From the NCBI GenBank assembly GCA_050741875.1, contig JBOIGA010000001.1, positions 1 through 52,015 on the forward strand: a DNA stretch of 52,015 nt, given 5' to 3'. The stretch is from Burkholderiales bacterium (lineage in GTDB: Bacteria; Pseudomonadota; Gammaproteobacteria; Burkholderiales; JBOIGA01). Below the pieces are notes generated by a model. It saw only the letters and a list, made by a program, of their open reading frames with translations, was not told the origin of the DNA and searched no databases. Made by a program: the position numbers and the translations under genes. Positions 41,432 through 49,960 of this stretch are shown here, piece by piece. Position 1 is the stretch's first letter; each line of letters begins with the position of its first letter.

Positions 41432-41563
41432 TTGTTATCCGGTAGTCCGCCGCTTACGCGACGCCTTAGATAGACGCCATGGAGCAATTCGTCAGTTTTA
41501 GCGTCAAAATTGATGGTCGAATTAATAGACGGCAAACGACTGAAAACTCCCGGTCAATCTCCC

Positions 41564-42838
41564 ATGCCCAAAAACAGCGAACGCGAAATCCTCGTCGTCG
41601 AGGGCCGCGAGATCGCGATTTCGAACCCCCGGAAGGTCCTTTTTCCGAAGGCGGGATACACGAAGCTCGATCTTGCACGCTACTCCCTCGCGGTGGCCGA
41701 AGGCGCGCTGCGCGGCGCCGGCGGACGGCCGAACGTGCTCGTGCGCTATCCCAACGGCATCACGGGCGAGTTTTTCTTTCAAAAGCGCGCGCCCCAATCG
41801 CGGCCCCCGTGGATTGAAGTCGTCTCCCTCAAGTTTCCGTCGGGCCGTAGCGCGGAAGAGGTGGTGCCCCGCGACGCTGCCGCGCTCATATGGATGGCGA
41901 ATCTCGCGTGCCTCGAGCTGCATCCGCACCCGGTCCGCGCCGACGATCTCGACCATCCCAACGAGCTTCGCGTGGACTTGGATCCGGTGCCGGGCGTGGA
42001 GTGGAGTCAGGTCGTGGAAGTCGCGCACGTCGTACACGCAACCCTGAAAGATTTCGGCCTTGTCGGCTGGCCTAAGACTTCCGGCTCGCGCGGGATGCAC
42101 GTGAACGTGCGCATCAAGCAACGCTGGACTTTCGATGAAGTGCGTAGAGCCGCGCTCGCACTCGGCCGTGAGGTCGAGCGGCGAGCGCCCAGCATTGCGA
42201 CGAGCAAATGGTGGAAAGAAGAGCGCCACGGTGTGTTCGTCGACTACAACCAAAACGCGAAGGACCGCACTGTCGCTTCCGCGTATTCGGTGCGGCCGAC
42301 TCCTGACGCTCGCGTATCGGCTCCGCTGACGTGGGATGAAGTCGAAACCTGCGATCCCCGCGATTTCACCCTCGCGACGATGCCCGCACGTTTCGCCCAG
42401 CTCGGCGATCGGCACGAGGGGATCGATCAGCATCCCTGCTCGCTCGCGAGTCTGCTCGAACTTTCGGCGCACCACGAGCGCGACGGCTTGGGCGACGCGC
42501 CTTGGCCGCCGCAATACAAGAAACAACCCGGCGAACCGCCGCGGGTACAACCCTCGCGCCGCCGTTCGGCGCAAACGCCTGGTCGCCGAGTGACAAAGCA
42601 TCCCTTGATCGAGATCGGCCGCGCGCAGCGGAAGGAAGATGCGCTCGCCGGATTCGAACGTTGGAAGAAGCGTCACCCAAACGCAGCCGCGCACTTGACT
42701 CCCGCCGACGTTCTCGTCGATTCGATGCGCGGCCGCTCATCCACTTGGACTCGCATACGCGTCAACCTGAAGAATGTGCCGGCGAAGCTTCGGCCAACTC
42801 AGGAAGCGCTCGATCCGGATGATGAACCGGAAAGTTAA
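41564..42838 (+). CDS. LigD-type polymerase/primase domain protein (stand-alone PolDom, Prim-PolC-like) with long basic C-terminal extension
   Basis: Start at ATG 41564 (MPKNSEREILVVEGREIAISNPRKVLFP). AEP primase-polymerase motifs PNGITGEFFFQK, ELRVDLDP, KTSGSRGMHV and VFVDYNQN. Confidence 0.85.
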   Translation: MPKNSEREILVVEGREIAISNPRKVLFPKAGYTKLDLARYSLAVAEGALRGAGGRPNVLVRYPNGITGEFFFQKRAPQSRPPWIEVVSLKFPSGRSAEEVVPRDAAALIWMANLACLELHPHPVRADDLDHPNELRVDLDPVPGVEWSQVVEVAHVVHATLKDFGLVGWPKTSGSRGMHVNVRIKQRWTFDEVRRAALALGREVERRAPSIATSKWWKEERHGVFVDYNQNAKDRTVASAYSVRPTPDARVSAPLTWDEVETCDPRDFTLATMPARFAQLGDRHEGIDQHPCSLASLLELSAHHERDGLGDAPWPPQYKKQPGEPPRVQPSRRRSAQTPGRRVTKHPLIEIGRAQRKEDALAGFERWKKRHPNAAAHLTPADVLVDSMRGRSSTWTRIRVNLKNVPAKLRPTQEALDPDDEPES

Positions 42839-42856
42839 GAGAACCCTTCAACAAGT

Positions 42857-42983
42857 CGTTCGCCCTGAGCTTGTCGAAGGGAGCCTGTCGAAGGGCGATT
42901 CGTAAGGATTCATTTCGCAACTTGCGCCGTTCATGGTTTGACAAGCCTGTGCTGAGCGTAGTCGAAGGGATCACCACGAACGG
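42857..42983. repeat. composite REP/MITE-like element (cgccctgagcttgtcgaaggg / cctgtcgaaggg / cctgtgctgagcgtagtcgaaggg modules, bracketed by ccgttcatggt..accacgaacgg inverted repeat)
   Basis: Read directly from the sequence. The inverted repeat is 42927-42937 versus 42973-42983 (10/11). The module is shared with 25568-25591. Confidence 0.6.
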
Positions 42984-43012
42984 AGAATCATTAGAGCTTC
43001 TGTAGGCCCGAA

Positions 43013-43175
43013 TCACCGCTGCCGCTGCCCGGCCCCAAAAACCTTCTCCAGCTCGTAAGGGCTTGTGACTTCGAGCTGGTCGTAGCGGCAATCGCTTGGG
43101 CGTTTGTCCGGCCGCCATCGCAGGAAAATCGCCGCGTGACGAAAGCGAAATTCCTGCAGTTGGGTGCAAAACCGG
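43013..43175 (-). pseudogene. orphan 3'-terminal fragment of an ATP-dependent DNA ligase gene (diverged duplicate of 44020-44180)
   Basis: Translates as ..LQEFRFRHAAIFLRWRPDKRPSDCRYDQLEVTSPYELEKVFGAGQRQR*. It is about 88% identical at DNA level to the 3' end of the ligase gene, including a 41-nt perfect core tagcggcaatcgcttgggcgtttgtccggccgccatcgca. Confidence 0.7.
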
Positions 43176-43217
43176 CGTCCCGACACGAAGCTGCGCGCGA
43201 TGGGAACCGACTTGGAC

Positions 43218-43685
43218 CTACTTCGCAGGGGCAGGCATGGCAGATGAATGATGATCGACGACCAGCCACTTTCCGCCTTTCTTCACGAGGGTGAAGCTAT
43301 AGCGCGCCGGTAGCGTCACCGTCTGCCCTTCCTTCTCGTATGAAAACGTGTAGTAGCCGCTGTTGATCGCCGTATCGCCGCCATATATTCGGATGTGGGG
43401 CTCCTTGAATTCAACCGTCAGCTTCGGCAGCGCCTTGCAGGCATTGACGAAGTAGTCCGTCAGACCGGCCTTGTCGCTGCGGATTTTGGGGGAAATGGTG
43501 CCCCACAAGACGGCGTCCTCCGCGTACAGCGGAAGGATCTTGTCGGGGCCTCCGCCGCCGCACGCCAGGGCAAGGTTCTTTTTCCAAGCCTCCATGGCGG
43601 CGGTCACGGCAGCTTTGTCGTCGGCGGCCGCTGAGTTGAGGGAGTACAGCGCGAGCACCAGTGTCGTTATCAGCAAGCGGTTCAT
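43218..43685 (-). CDS. secreted SnoaL-like/DUF4440-like (NTF2 fold) protein
   Basis: ATG at 43685 after GAGGAG. Signal peptide MNRLLITTLVLALYSLNSAAA. The ~135-aa mature part has an NTF2-like pattern (YAEDAVLWGT..YTFSYEKEG..RYSFTLVKKGGKWLVVDHHSS). Confidence 0.6.
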   Translation of the reverse strand: MNRLLITTLVLALYSLNSAAADDKAAVTAAMEAWKKNLALACGGGGPDKILPLYAEDAVLWGTISPKIRSDKAGLTDYFVNACKALPKLTVEFKEPHIRIYGGDTAINSGYYTFSYEKEGQTVTLPARYSFTLVKKGGKWLVVDHHSSAMPAPAK

Positions 43686-44019
43686 GGTCCACTCCTCGGA
43701 GAGATGTTGCATTTGCAACGACGCGACCATAACCCAATGGAATATTGTGCGCAAGTACTGTGCGCTGCGGTGTCACAGGAGCGCAGCTGCGAATACAGCA
43801 GCACGTATCAGCCCAACGCGAATGTCCACGTGATTGCGCGGCCGATAAGCAAATATCAATTGTCGAACGCAGAGAGTATCGCCTCAGGACCAAGTGTAGG
43901 GCGGCGGCTGAAACGAACCAAAGTCGCGATGCAGCTCACGTGCGAAACGCGCCGAAATGGAAATTCAACGGCCGCCGGTGCTGTGCGTGCGTGGAGGCGG
44001 CAGAACTACAAGAACGTAG

Positions 44020-45140
44020 TCAGGCTCGGCGCGCCGCGCCAAAGACCTTCTCGAGTTCGTAAGGGCTTGTAACTTCAAGCTGATCATAGCGGCAATCGCT
44101 TGGGCGTTTGTCCGGCCGCCATCGCAAAAAAATCGCCGCGTGGCGAAAGCGGTTTCTCTGCAGGTGGTCGTACTTGACCTCGCATACCCGCGCAATCCGC
44201 AGCGGCTCCACGAGAGATCCTTGCCCGTACTCCAGCGGCTCTGGGCGCCGGGCATGCGCGTCATCTCGTCATTGGCCTGCGCCCATTCCTTCCAGGGATG
44301 ATTCTCGAACGCGTCCTTGCGCAGCGGTTCAAGTTCCGTCACGAGCTCTCTGCGCATCGCCATCGTGAACGATGAGGTGACGCCGACGTGTTGAAGCACG
44401 TCCCGATCGTCGTATAGCCCGAGCAGCAAGGATCCTACGGCATCTTTCCCGCTCTTGTGCCAGCGGAATCCCGCCACGACGCAGTCGGCGGTGCGCACGT
44501 GCTTCACTTTGATCAGCGCACGCTTGCCCGGTTGGTAGGGGATTTCCGCGGGCTTTGCGATCACGCCGTCGAGGCCGGCGCCTTCGAAGTGCGTGAGCCA
44601 ATCTTCGGCGATGCCGCGTTCGCACGTCATCGGCGTCAGGTAGACCGGCGGCTTGATCTCTGCGAGCAATTGTTCCAACGCGTCCCGGCGTTCGCTTTGC
44701 GGCGCCGACATCAGATTGCGGCCGTCACTCGCGAGCAGGTCGAACGCGACGAAAGAACTCGGCGTATCCTTCGCGAGCTTGGCAACGCGCGAGGCGGCCG
44801 GATGCAGCCGAAGCTGCAGCGCGTCGAAGTCGAGTCCGTTTGGCGTCGCGATCACAATCTCGCCGTCAATGACGCAATTCTTCGGGAGCTTCTCGAGCAA
44901 CGCCTCGTGCAGCTCAGGAAAATATCGATCGAGCGGGCGCAGGTCACGGCTTTGGATGAACACGTCGGATGCGCCGCGAAAAACAATCGCGCGAAATCCG
45001 TCCCACTTGGGCTCGAACAGGAACGTTCCGGCAGTCGGCAGCTCTTCCGTGAGCTTGGCGAGCATCGGCTCGATCGGTGGCGCAATTGCAAACGCTTGCG
45101 AAGTCAGGTCGGGGCTCTGCTGGAAAGATGTCGGACTCAT
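44020..45140 (-). CDS. ATP-dependent DNA ligase (LigC / LigD ligase-domain type), frame broken by an apparent 1-nt deletion near 44208
   Basis: ORF 43965..45140 carries the adenylation motif I EPKWDGFR, then motifs IV-V. After ..STGKDLSW the homologous sequence EPLRIARVCEVKYDHLQ..FRHAAIFLRWRPDKRP continues in ORF 44020..44211. The junction tcgtggagccg would be in frame as tcgtgggagccg. Confidence 0.85.
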
Positions 45141-45225
45141 TGGTTCTTAATAGTGCCTATTTGTTGAATGGATTCTTGACTATCTGGTCAATTAGCTTTC
45201 GGCAACCCACACAACGGAGGACCTC

Positions 45226-46701
45226 ATGCCTCAGCAACACGATCCCGAAGGGCGACGACTTCCCATCAAACTTGACACCGCTAGCAACGGCGAATTCGCG
45301 CCGATACCGCTGGAGCCGGTGCATCATCACGCGCGCCGGCTCGCATCCGATCTCGCCACCGAAAACGCGAAACGGCGAGGTGTTTCTCGTCGGTCTTTTC
45401 TGGTTTCCGCGTGCGGCGCGGCTTCGACCTTGCTCGCAATGAACGCAGCTTATGCGGCTGCGGGGCGGAACAGCGGATTTTATGAGCTTGCCAATTCGGC
45501 CGCGCTCGACCCCGAGATCGCAGCGGCTGAATTGGACAGCAAGGAATTTATTTTCGACGTGCAAGGGCACTTCGTGAACCCCAACGGCGCCTGGCTCAAG
45601 AAAGTGCCTTCGGATGCGAAGCCGCTATCCAGCTTTGAGAAGTCGGCCTGCGCGCTCGCGGACAAGCCGGGCAATCGCAGTTACCTGCAGTGCTTGAGTT
45701 CGGACGAATTCATCAAGGACGTCTTCATGGATTCGGACACGGACATGATGGTGCTGTCTTTCGTGCCCTCGCGCCGCGATGCCGAACCGCTCACCATCGA
45801 AGAGGCCGCCGCCACAGCCGAAATCGTCGAGCGCATGGATGGCACGCACCGGCTGCTGATACACGGGCGCGTCAACCCCAATCAGGACGGCGATATGCAG
45901 GGCATGGAGGAGTTGGCCGAGCGCTGGAAAGTTTCTGCCTGGAAGACTTACACGCAGTGGGGGCCGAACGGCAAAGGATTTTTCCTAAGCGACGACATCG
46001 GCCTCGCCTTCATCGACAAGGCGCGAAAGCTCGAGATCAAAAATATCTGCGTGCACAAAGGCATTCCATTTGGCAAACAATCTTATGAGCACTCGCTGTG
46101 CGATGACATCGGCAAGGTCGCGAAGCGTTATCCCGATGTCAATTTTCTGATCTACCACTCGGGATTCGTACCCGGCCAAGCCGAAGGCGCATACGATCCC
46201 AAGCGCAATGAAGGCATCGATTCGCTGATCAAGACCGTCGTCGAGAACGACGTGCCGCGGAACAGCAACGTGTACGCGGAGCTCGGCAGCACCTGGCGCC
46301 AGCTCATGCGCGATCCGAATAGCGCGGCGCATGCGCTCGGCAAGCTGTTCAAATACGTAGGCGAGGACAATGTGCTGTGGGGCACCGATTCGATCTGGTA
46401 TGGCTCACCGCAGGATCAGATACAGGCCTTTCGGACTTTTCAGATTTCGGAGCAGCTTCGTGAGAAACACGGTTACCGCGAGATCACGCCCAAGCTGCGG
46501 GCCAAGGTTTTCGGATTGAACGCGATGACGCCTTACCGCGTCAGCACGGACGAGATGAAACGCTACATGGTGCAAGACCGGATCGCCAACGACCGGATCG
46601 CCTATCGCGACGCGCCGAACCCGCACTTCCGCACGCACGGGCCAAAAACGCGCCGCGAATTCTTGAATCTGCTGGCGTGGAATGGTGGGCAGCGGGTTTG
46701 A
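45226..46701 (+). CDS. Tat-exported amidohydrolase-family (TIM-barrel metal-dependent hydrolase) protein
   Basis: 491 aa. Twin-arginine signal RRGVSRRSFLVSACGAASTLLAMNAAYA. Amidohydrolase_2-like core (FDVQGHF..ICVHKG..YHSG..LWGTDS). Confidence 0.75.
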   Translation: MPQQHDPEGRRLPIKLDTASNGEFAPIPLEPVHHHARRLASDLATENAKRRGVSRRSFLVSACGAASTLLAMNAAYAAAGRNSGFYELANSAALDPEIAAAELDSKEFIFDVQGHFVNPNGAWLKKVPSDAKPLSSFEKSACALADKPGNRSYLQCLSSDEFIKDVFMDSDTDMMVLSFVPSRRDAEPLTIEEAAATAEIVERMDGTHRLLIHGRVNPNQDGDMQGMEELAERWKVSAWKTYTQWGPNGKGFFLSDDIGLAFIDKARKLEIKNICVHKGIPFGKQSYEHSLCDDIGKVAKRYPDVNFLIYHSGFVPGQAEGAYDPKRNEGIDSLIKTVVENDVPRNSNVYAELGSTWRQLMRDPNSAAHALGKLFKYVGEDNVLWGTDSIWYGSPQDQIQAFRTFQISEQLREKHGYREITPKLRAKVFGLNAMTPYRVSTDEMKRYMVQDRIANDRIAYRDAPNPHFRTHGPKTRREFLNLLAWNGGQRV

Positions 46702-46785
46702 TTGCGAAACATCGGGCGCACGCGAAAGACAATCGCACGACCGTTTCACTGTATTATCCATGGCAATACATCGCGAGAGAGATAG

Positions 46786-46992
46786 ATGAAAAATCCCTGG
46801 ACCAAGAAGAACCCTCTGATGAGCATGTGGATGAGCGGCGCCAATGCCGTGGTCAGCGCAGCGCGCAGCCGAGCCACCGCAGAGGTCAAGCGCCAAGCGG
46901 CGACTATGATGACGAAGGGCGCCAAGCAAATGGTCAGTTTCTGGACCGGTGCGCTGATGGCTCCGCCGCCGAAAAAGAAGAAGCGTCGTTAA
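46786..46992 (+). CDS. small hypothetical protein with poly-Lys/Arg tail
   Basis: 68-aa ORF preceded by GAGAGAGA. Ends PPPKKKKRR. No family recognised, so coding status is uncertain. Confidence 0.35.
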   Translation: MKNPWTKKNPLMSMWMSGANAVVSAARSRATAEVKRQAATMMTKGAKQMVSFWTGALMAPPPKKKKRR

Positions 46993-47100
46993 GCTGCGCC
47001 ATCGCCCACGCGATGCCGATCGAACGGCCGGCGGAACGCGAGCGCGCGTAGAGCAGCGGCCTCGCGCCGAGCCTGTCCGAATCGTAACCCCAACCCAGCC

Positions 47101-47700
47101 CTAAACGATCGGCGGGTCAGTCTCGCGCTCAAAATGCCGATGTTTGGCAAGCGCCCGCAGGAAGACAGCAACCGCCGCGTCAGCTTTTCCGGAAGAACCA
47201 AACACCAGTCCCGGGTCCGCTTTACCGCCCGGCAGTTCAAGCGGCACACCCGCGTTCTTCAGCAACTCGGAAGATGCCCCGAACGCGAGAATCGGTTTGC
47301 AATACCGGTATTGATCCTTGATGAAGTCCATGAGACGAGCGTCGGAGGCGAGCGCCGCCAAGTCTTTGCCGTCGGGCAGTACCCGCGCGTCGAACAGCGC
47401 GGGTGGCGCGGCTTCCATCGACACGTCGACGCTGATCTCGGTACCCGTCGTCTTTACGAGGCCGAGTTTTTTGCCGACGAAGCGTGGCGTCGCGCCCGCT
47501 TCGGCCAAGGCTTGGTACACCGCCAGCAGAGACTCGCCTGCAACACCTTCCGCGCTTTGGGCATGGGATCGGGAACTTCCATGCCGAGGCCGTCGGCAAT
47601 ACCGGCAACGAGTTCATCGTCCACGTTTTCGCATCGAGACAAGCCTCGCTGCGACAAGCGAGTCTGAACCTCTAAAACAAGAAGGCAGCCTCGAAGGCGG
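47101..47700 (-). pseudogene. remnant of the C-terminal (DJ-1/PfpI-like) domain of a large-subunit catalase (KatE/HPII type), N-terminally truncated and frameshifted
   Basis: ORF 47101..47520 (..FDARVLPDGKDLAALASDARLMDFIKDQYRYCKPILAFGASSELL..) matches the clade-2 catalase C-terminal domain. The preceding segment ..ENVDDELVAGIADGLGMEVPD lies in another frame (ORF 47454..47657). No catalase heme core lies upstream. Confidence 0.6.
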
Positions 47701-47734
47701 TCTTTTCGGGAAATCTAAACGGGAGATTTAAAAC

Positions 47735-47809
47735 TTAGCGGTTGAAAATATACATTGTGACTTCGAAACCAAACCGCATATCGGTAAGTTCGGGTTTGCT
47801 CCAGGCCAT
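47735..47809 (-). CDS. pqqA: pyrroloquinoline quinone precursor peptide PqqA (orphan copy)
   Basis: Not in the ORF track because it is only 24 codons. My translation is MAWSKPELTDMRFGFEVTMYIFNR*, with AGGAG 6 nt upstream. It matches the PqqA consensus WxKPxxxxxRxGxEVTxYxxxR, including the cross-linked Glu-x3-Tyr. Confidence 0.75.
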   Translation of the reverse strand: MAWSKPELTDMRFGFEVTMYIFNR

Positions 47810-47968
47810 GGTCAACTCCTAAGTTGTTTGTGTTGAATCGAATGACGATTGCAGTGTGCGCTGTATCCGGATGGAGTGATAGCAGAAAAGCCTGATCGCG
47901 GACTAAATGCTTTTCATGTCTTCGAACTTACCCAGACGCAGCCTCGCGGTCAGCCGGTAATCCTATCT

Positions 47969-49276
47969 CTACTTCGAATGCCCAAAGAAAAATCGCACCA
48001 TTTCGCGCGTCGCATCGGGGCCTTGGGGATCGGTGTAGGAGCCCTCAACGCTGCCGCCCGACCACGCATGACCGGCGCCGTGGATTAGCCAGCGCTCCAT
48101 GACGATTGCGCCGTCGGCATCGTGATAAACCGAGAGCGTATAGCTGCGTCCGTTAGGCGCCTGCCCGCGCTCGGTCGTCGCGCGCGGCTTCGTCCCTTGC
48201 CCATGGATTAACCCTTGTTCGAGCACTAAGTCGCCGTTGCGCGGATGGACGGTCTTGTCCTGATCGCCATGAAACACGATCGTTGGAACGATCTTCGACG
48301 ATGACAAGGCATGCGCCGATTGCATCGCACGCGCGCCGCCCTTCTGCATCGCCGCGAAGGCCGAAGGCAGATCGTGCGCGGCGCCGTGAGCCAAACCCGA
48401 ATGCACGCCGATGGCGGCATAAAGATCGGGATAAGCAGCACCCATGATCGCCGCCATGGCGCCGCCGGCAGACATTCCGGCGACGTACACGCGCCGGCCG
48501 TCGAGCTTGTAATCGCTCACGATCGCACGCGTGATGCCAGCGATGATCGAGGGCTCGCCGGAATCGCGTTGCTGGTGGTTGGGAACAAACCAGTTCCAGC
48601 ATTTATTGTGATTTGCGGACTGCGCCTGTGCCGGATACGCGACCAGAAACAGCTCGGTTTCCGCAAGTGCATTCAGGCGCGTGCCGGCCGCTGCATCGTC
48701 GGGATTCTGGGTGCAGCCATGCAGCATCACGACCAGCGGCAAAGCCTGGCCCTGGTAACCGCTCGGGATATAAAGCTTGTAGGCGCGCGTGCCGGCTGCG
48801 TTGGTATAGACGCTTTCGATGAAGCGCGCATCCGGGGCGATATGAACGGATGGGTGGCTTTGCGTGCGGTCCGACGAGGGCTTTACGCGCCCAGGCGTGC
48901 GCAGCAAAGCGCGTAGGCGCTCCGACCATTTCGATTTTTGCGGTGCGGCGGGCGTGTGTTCGGCAGAAGCCGGGCCGCCAAAGCGATGTTCGGTTTCTTT
49001 TCCGTTTTCCGGGGCTACTAGATCCTTAGCGGCCGAGCGCTGAGTGAACGATCCCGCGGTGCTCGATTGTCGAGTCGCATCTTGAGCAGCGTCCGCTGCG
49101 TCGTCGACCACACGGTAGCTGCCTTCGATCGCGGGTTCTGCCTGATCCGTTCGGGCCGCCGCTCGTGGTTCGGTGCCCTTCAGCAGCCGTTGAATGAACG
49201 CAGTCGCCTCGAGCAGTTTTCCGCTCCGAGTCAGTCGAGTCGCTTCCGCCATTCCGGCTTGAATTTTTTGCTTCAT
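47969..49276 (-). CDS. PHB-depolymerase-family esterase (alpha/beta hydrolase, LpqC-like)
   Basis: 435 aa. LPLVVMLHGCTQNPDD..NKCWNWF..VAGMSAGGAM (GxSxG) is typical of the TIGR01840-type esterase family. The N-terminal ~180 aa are low complexity. Confidence 0.8.
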   Translation of the reverse strand: MKQKIQAGMAEATRLTRSGKLLEATAFIQRLLKGTEPRAAARTDQAEPAIEGSYRVVDDAADAAQDATRQSSTAGSFTQRSAAKDLVAPENGKETEHRFGGPASAEHTPAAPQKSKWSERLRALLRTPGRVKPSSDRTQSHPSVHIAPDARFIESVYTNAAGTRAYKLYIPSGYQGQALPLVVMLHGCTQNPDDAAAGTRLNALAETELFLVAYPAQAQSANHNKCWNWFVPNHQQRDSGEPSIIAGITRAIVSDYKLDGRRVYVAGMSAGGAMAAIMGAAYPDLYAAIGVHSGLAHGAAHDLPSAFAAMQKGGARAMQSAHALSSSKIVPTIVFHGDQDKTVHPRNGDLVLEQGLIHGQGTKPRATTERGQAPNGRSYTLSVYHDADGAIVMERWLIHGAGHAWSGGSVEGSYTDPQGPDATREMVRFFFGHSK

Positions 49277-49381
49277 TTATTTCCTTAGTAAACGTTAGCC
49301 GTTCCCATCGCCGTCATTCTCGCGGAAACGGTAATCCAGAGCTTCAGTCGTCCAAACAGTTTCAGCGTGATGACCAGTTCA

Positions 49382-49792
49382 TCAGCGTATGCGATCCGCC
49401 AGCGCCGCCCGGACTTCCGGACTCGCGTGCAAAGCCCCGAGCACGACGATGGATTCGACGACGGCGCGCGCCAGTTCGGGGGAAACGTCATCAGCGATGG
49501 TTGCAAGCCCGAGCACCTGAATCTGGAGTTTTTGTCCTGATTCGCGTAGCGCTTCGAGATCCCGCCGAGTGTAGCGCTGCAGACCGAGCGCCAATGTTTT
49601 GCGGGATACGGTTTGCTTGACGACCTCGGCGTGAGTCGCAAGCTGGTTGCGGATCGATGTCCGAATGAAATCGGTGCGATTCGAATAAAAACCTTCGTGC
49701 ACCAGGAGATCGATCTGTCCGAGGTCGATATACCCTAGATTAATCGTGATTTTTTCCGTCTCGCCCGCTGTCAGACCCATTCTTTTTGCCAT
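49382..49792 (-). CDS. ribbon-helix-helix (CopG-like) domain protein
   Basis: 136 aa. The N-terminal EKITINLGYIDLGQIDLLVHEGFYSNRTDFIRTSIRNQL fits a beta-alpha-alpha RHH fold. The C-terminal domain is unassigned. Confidence 0.55.
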   Translation of the reverse strand: MAKRMGLTAGETEKITINLGYIDLGQIDLLVHEGFYSNRTDFIRTSIRNQLATHAEVVKQTVSRKTLALGLQRYTRRDLEALRESGQKLQIQVLGLATIADDVSPELARAVVESIVVLGALHASPEVRAALADRIR

Positions 49793-49960
49793 CCTGTTAC
49801 CATCCTATGACCATCCATTTAGATGGGCATAATATCAGAAAAATGATCAGCAAGAAGGGAATTGGCTGAAATGCAGCGTCCACGGCGCCGCTCGAACCTT
49901 CACCATACTCACTTGTGAGCTCGGACGACGCGACACGCCGTCCAAGCGGCCGAAAGTCCG

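Noticed and set aside
41385-41470. Possible tRNA or tmRNA gene on the minus strand (GGGTTCGATCC T-loop-like motif followed by GCCA)
   Set aside because: I could not build a cloverleaf. There is no 5' acceptor strand complementary to the 3' end, no D arm or anticodon arm, and the T stem pairs only 4 bp. It is kept only as a possible att-scar in the findings, not as an RNA gene.
46786-46992. Considered whether the 68-aa poly-Lys-tailed ORF is a phasin or PHA-granule protein linked to the nearby PHB-depolymerase-family esterase
   Set aside because: No sequence motif supports this. The two genes are on opposite strands and separated by a catalase remnant and pqqA. It is kept only as a low-confidence hypothetical CDS.
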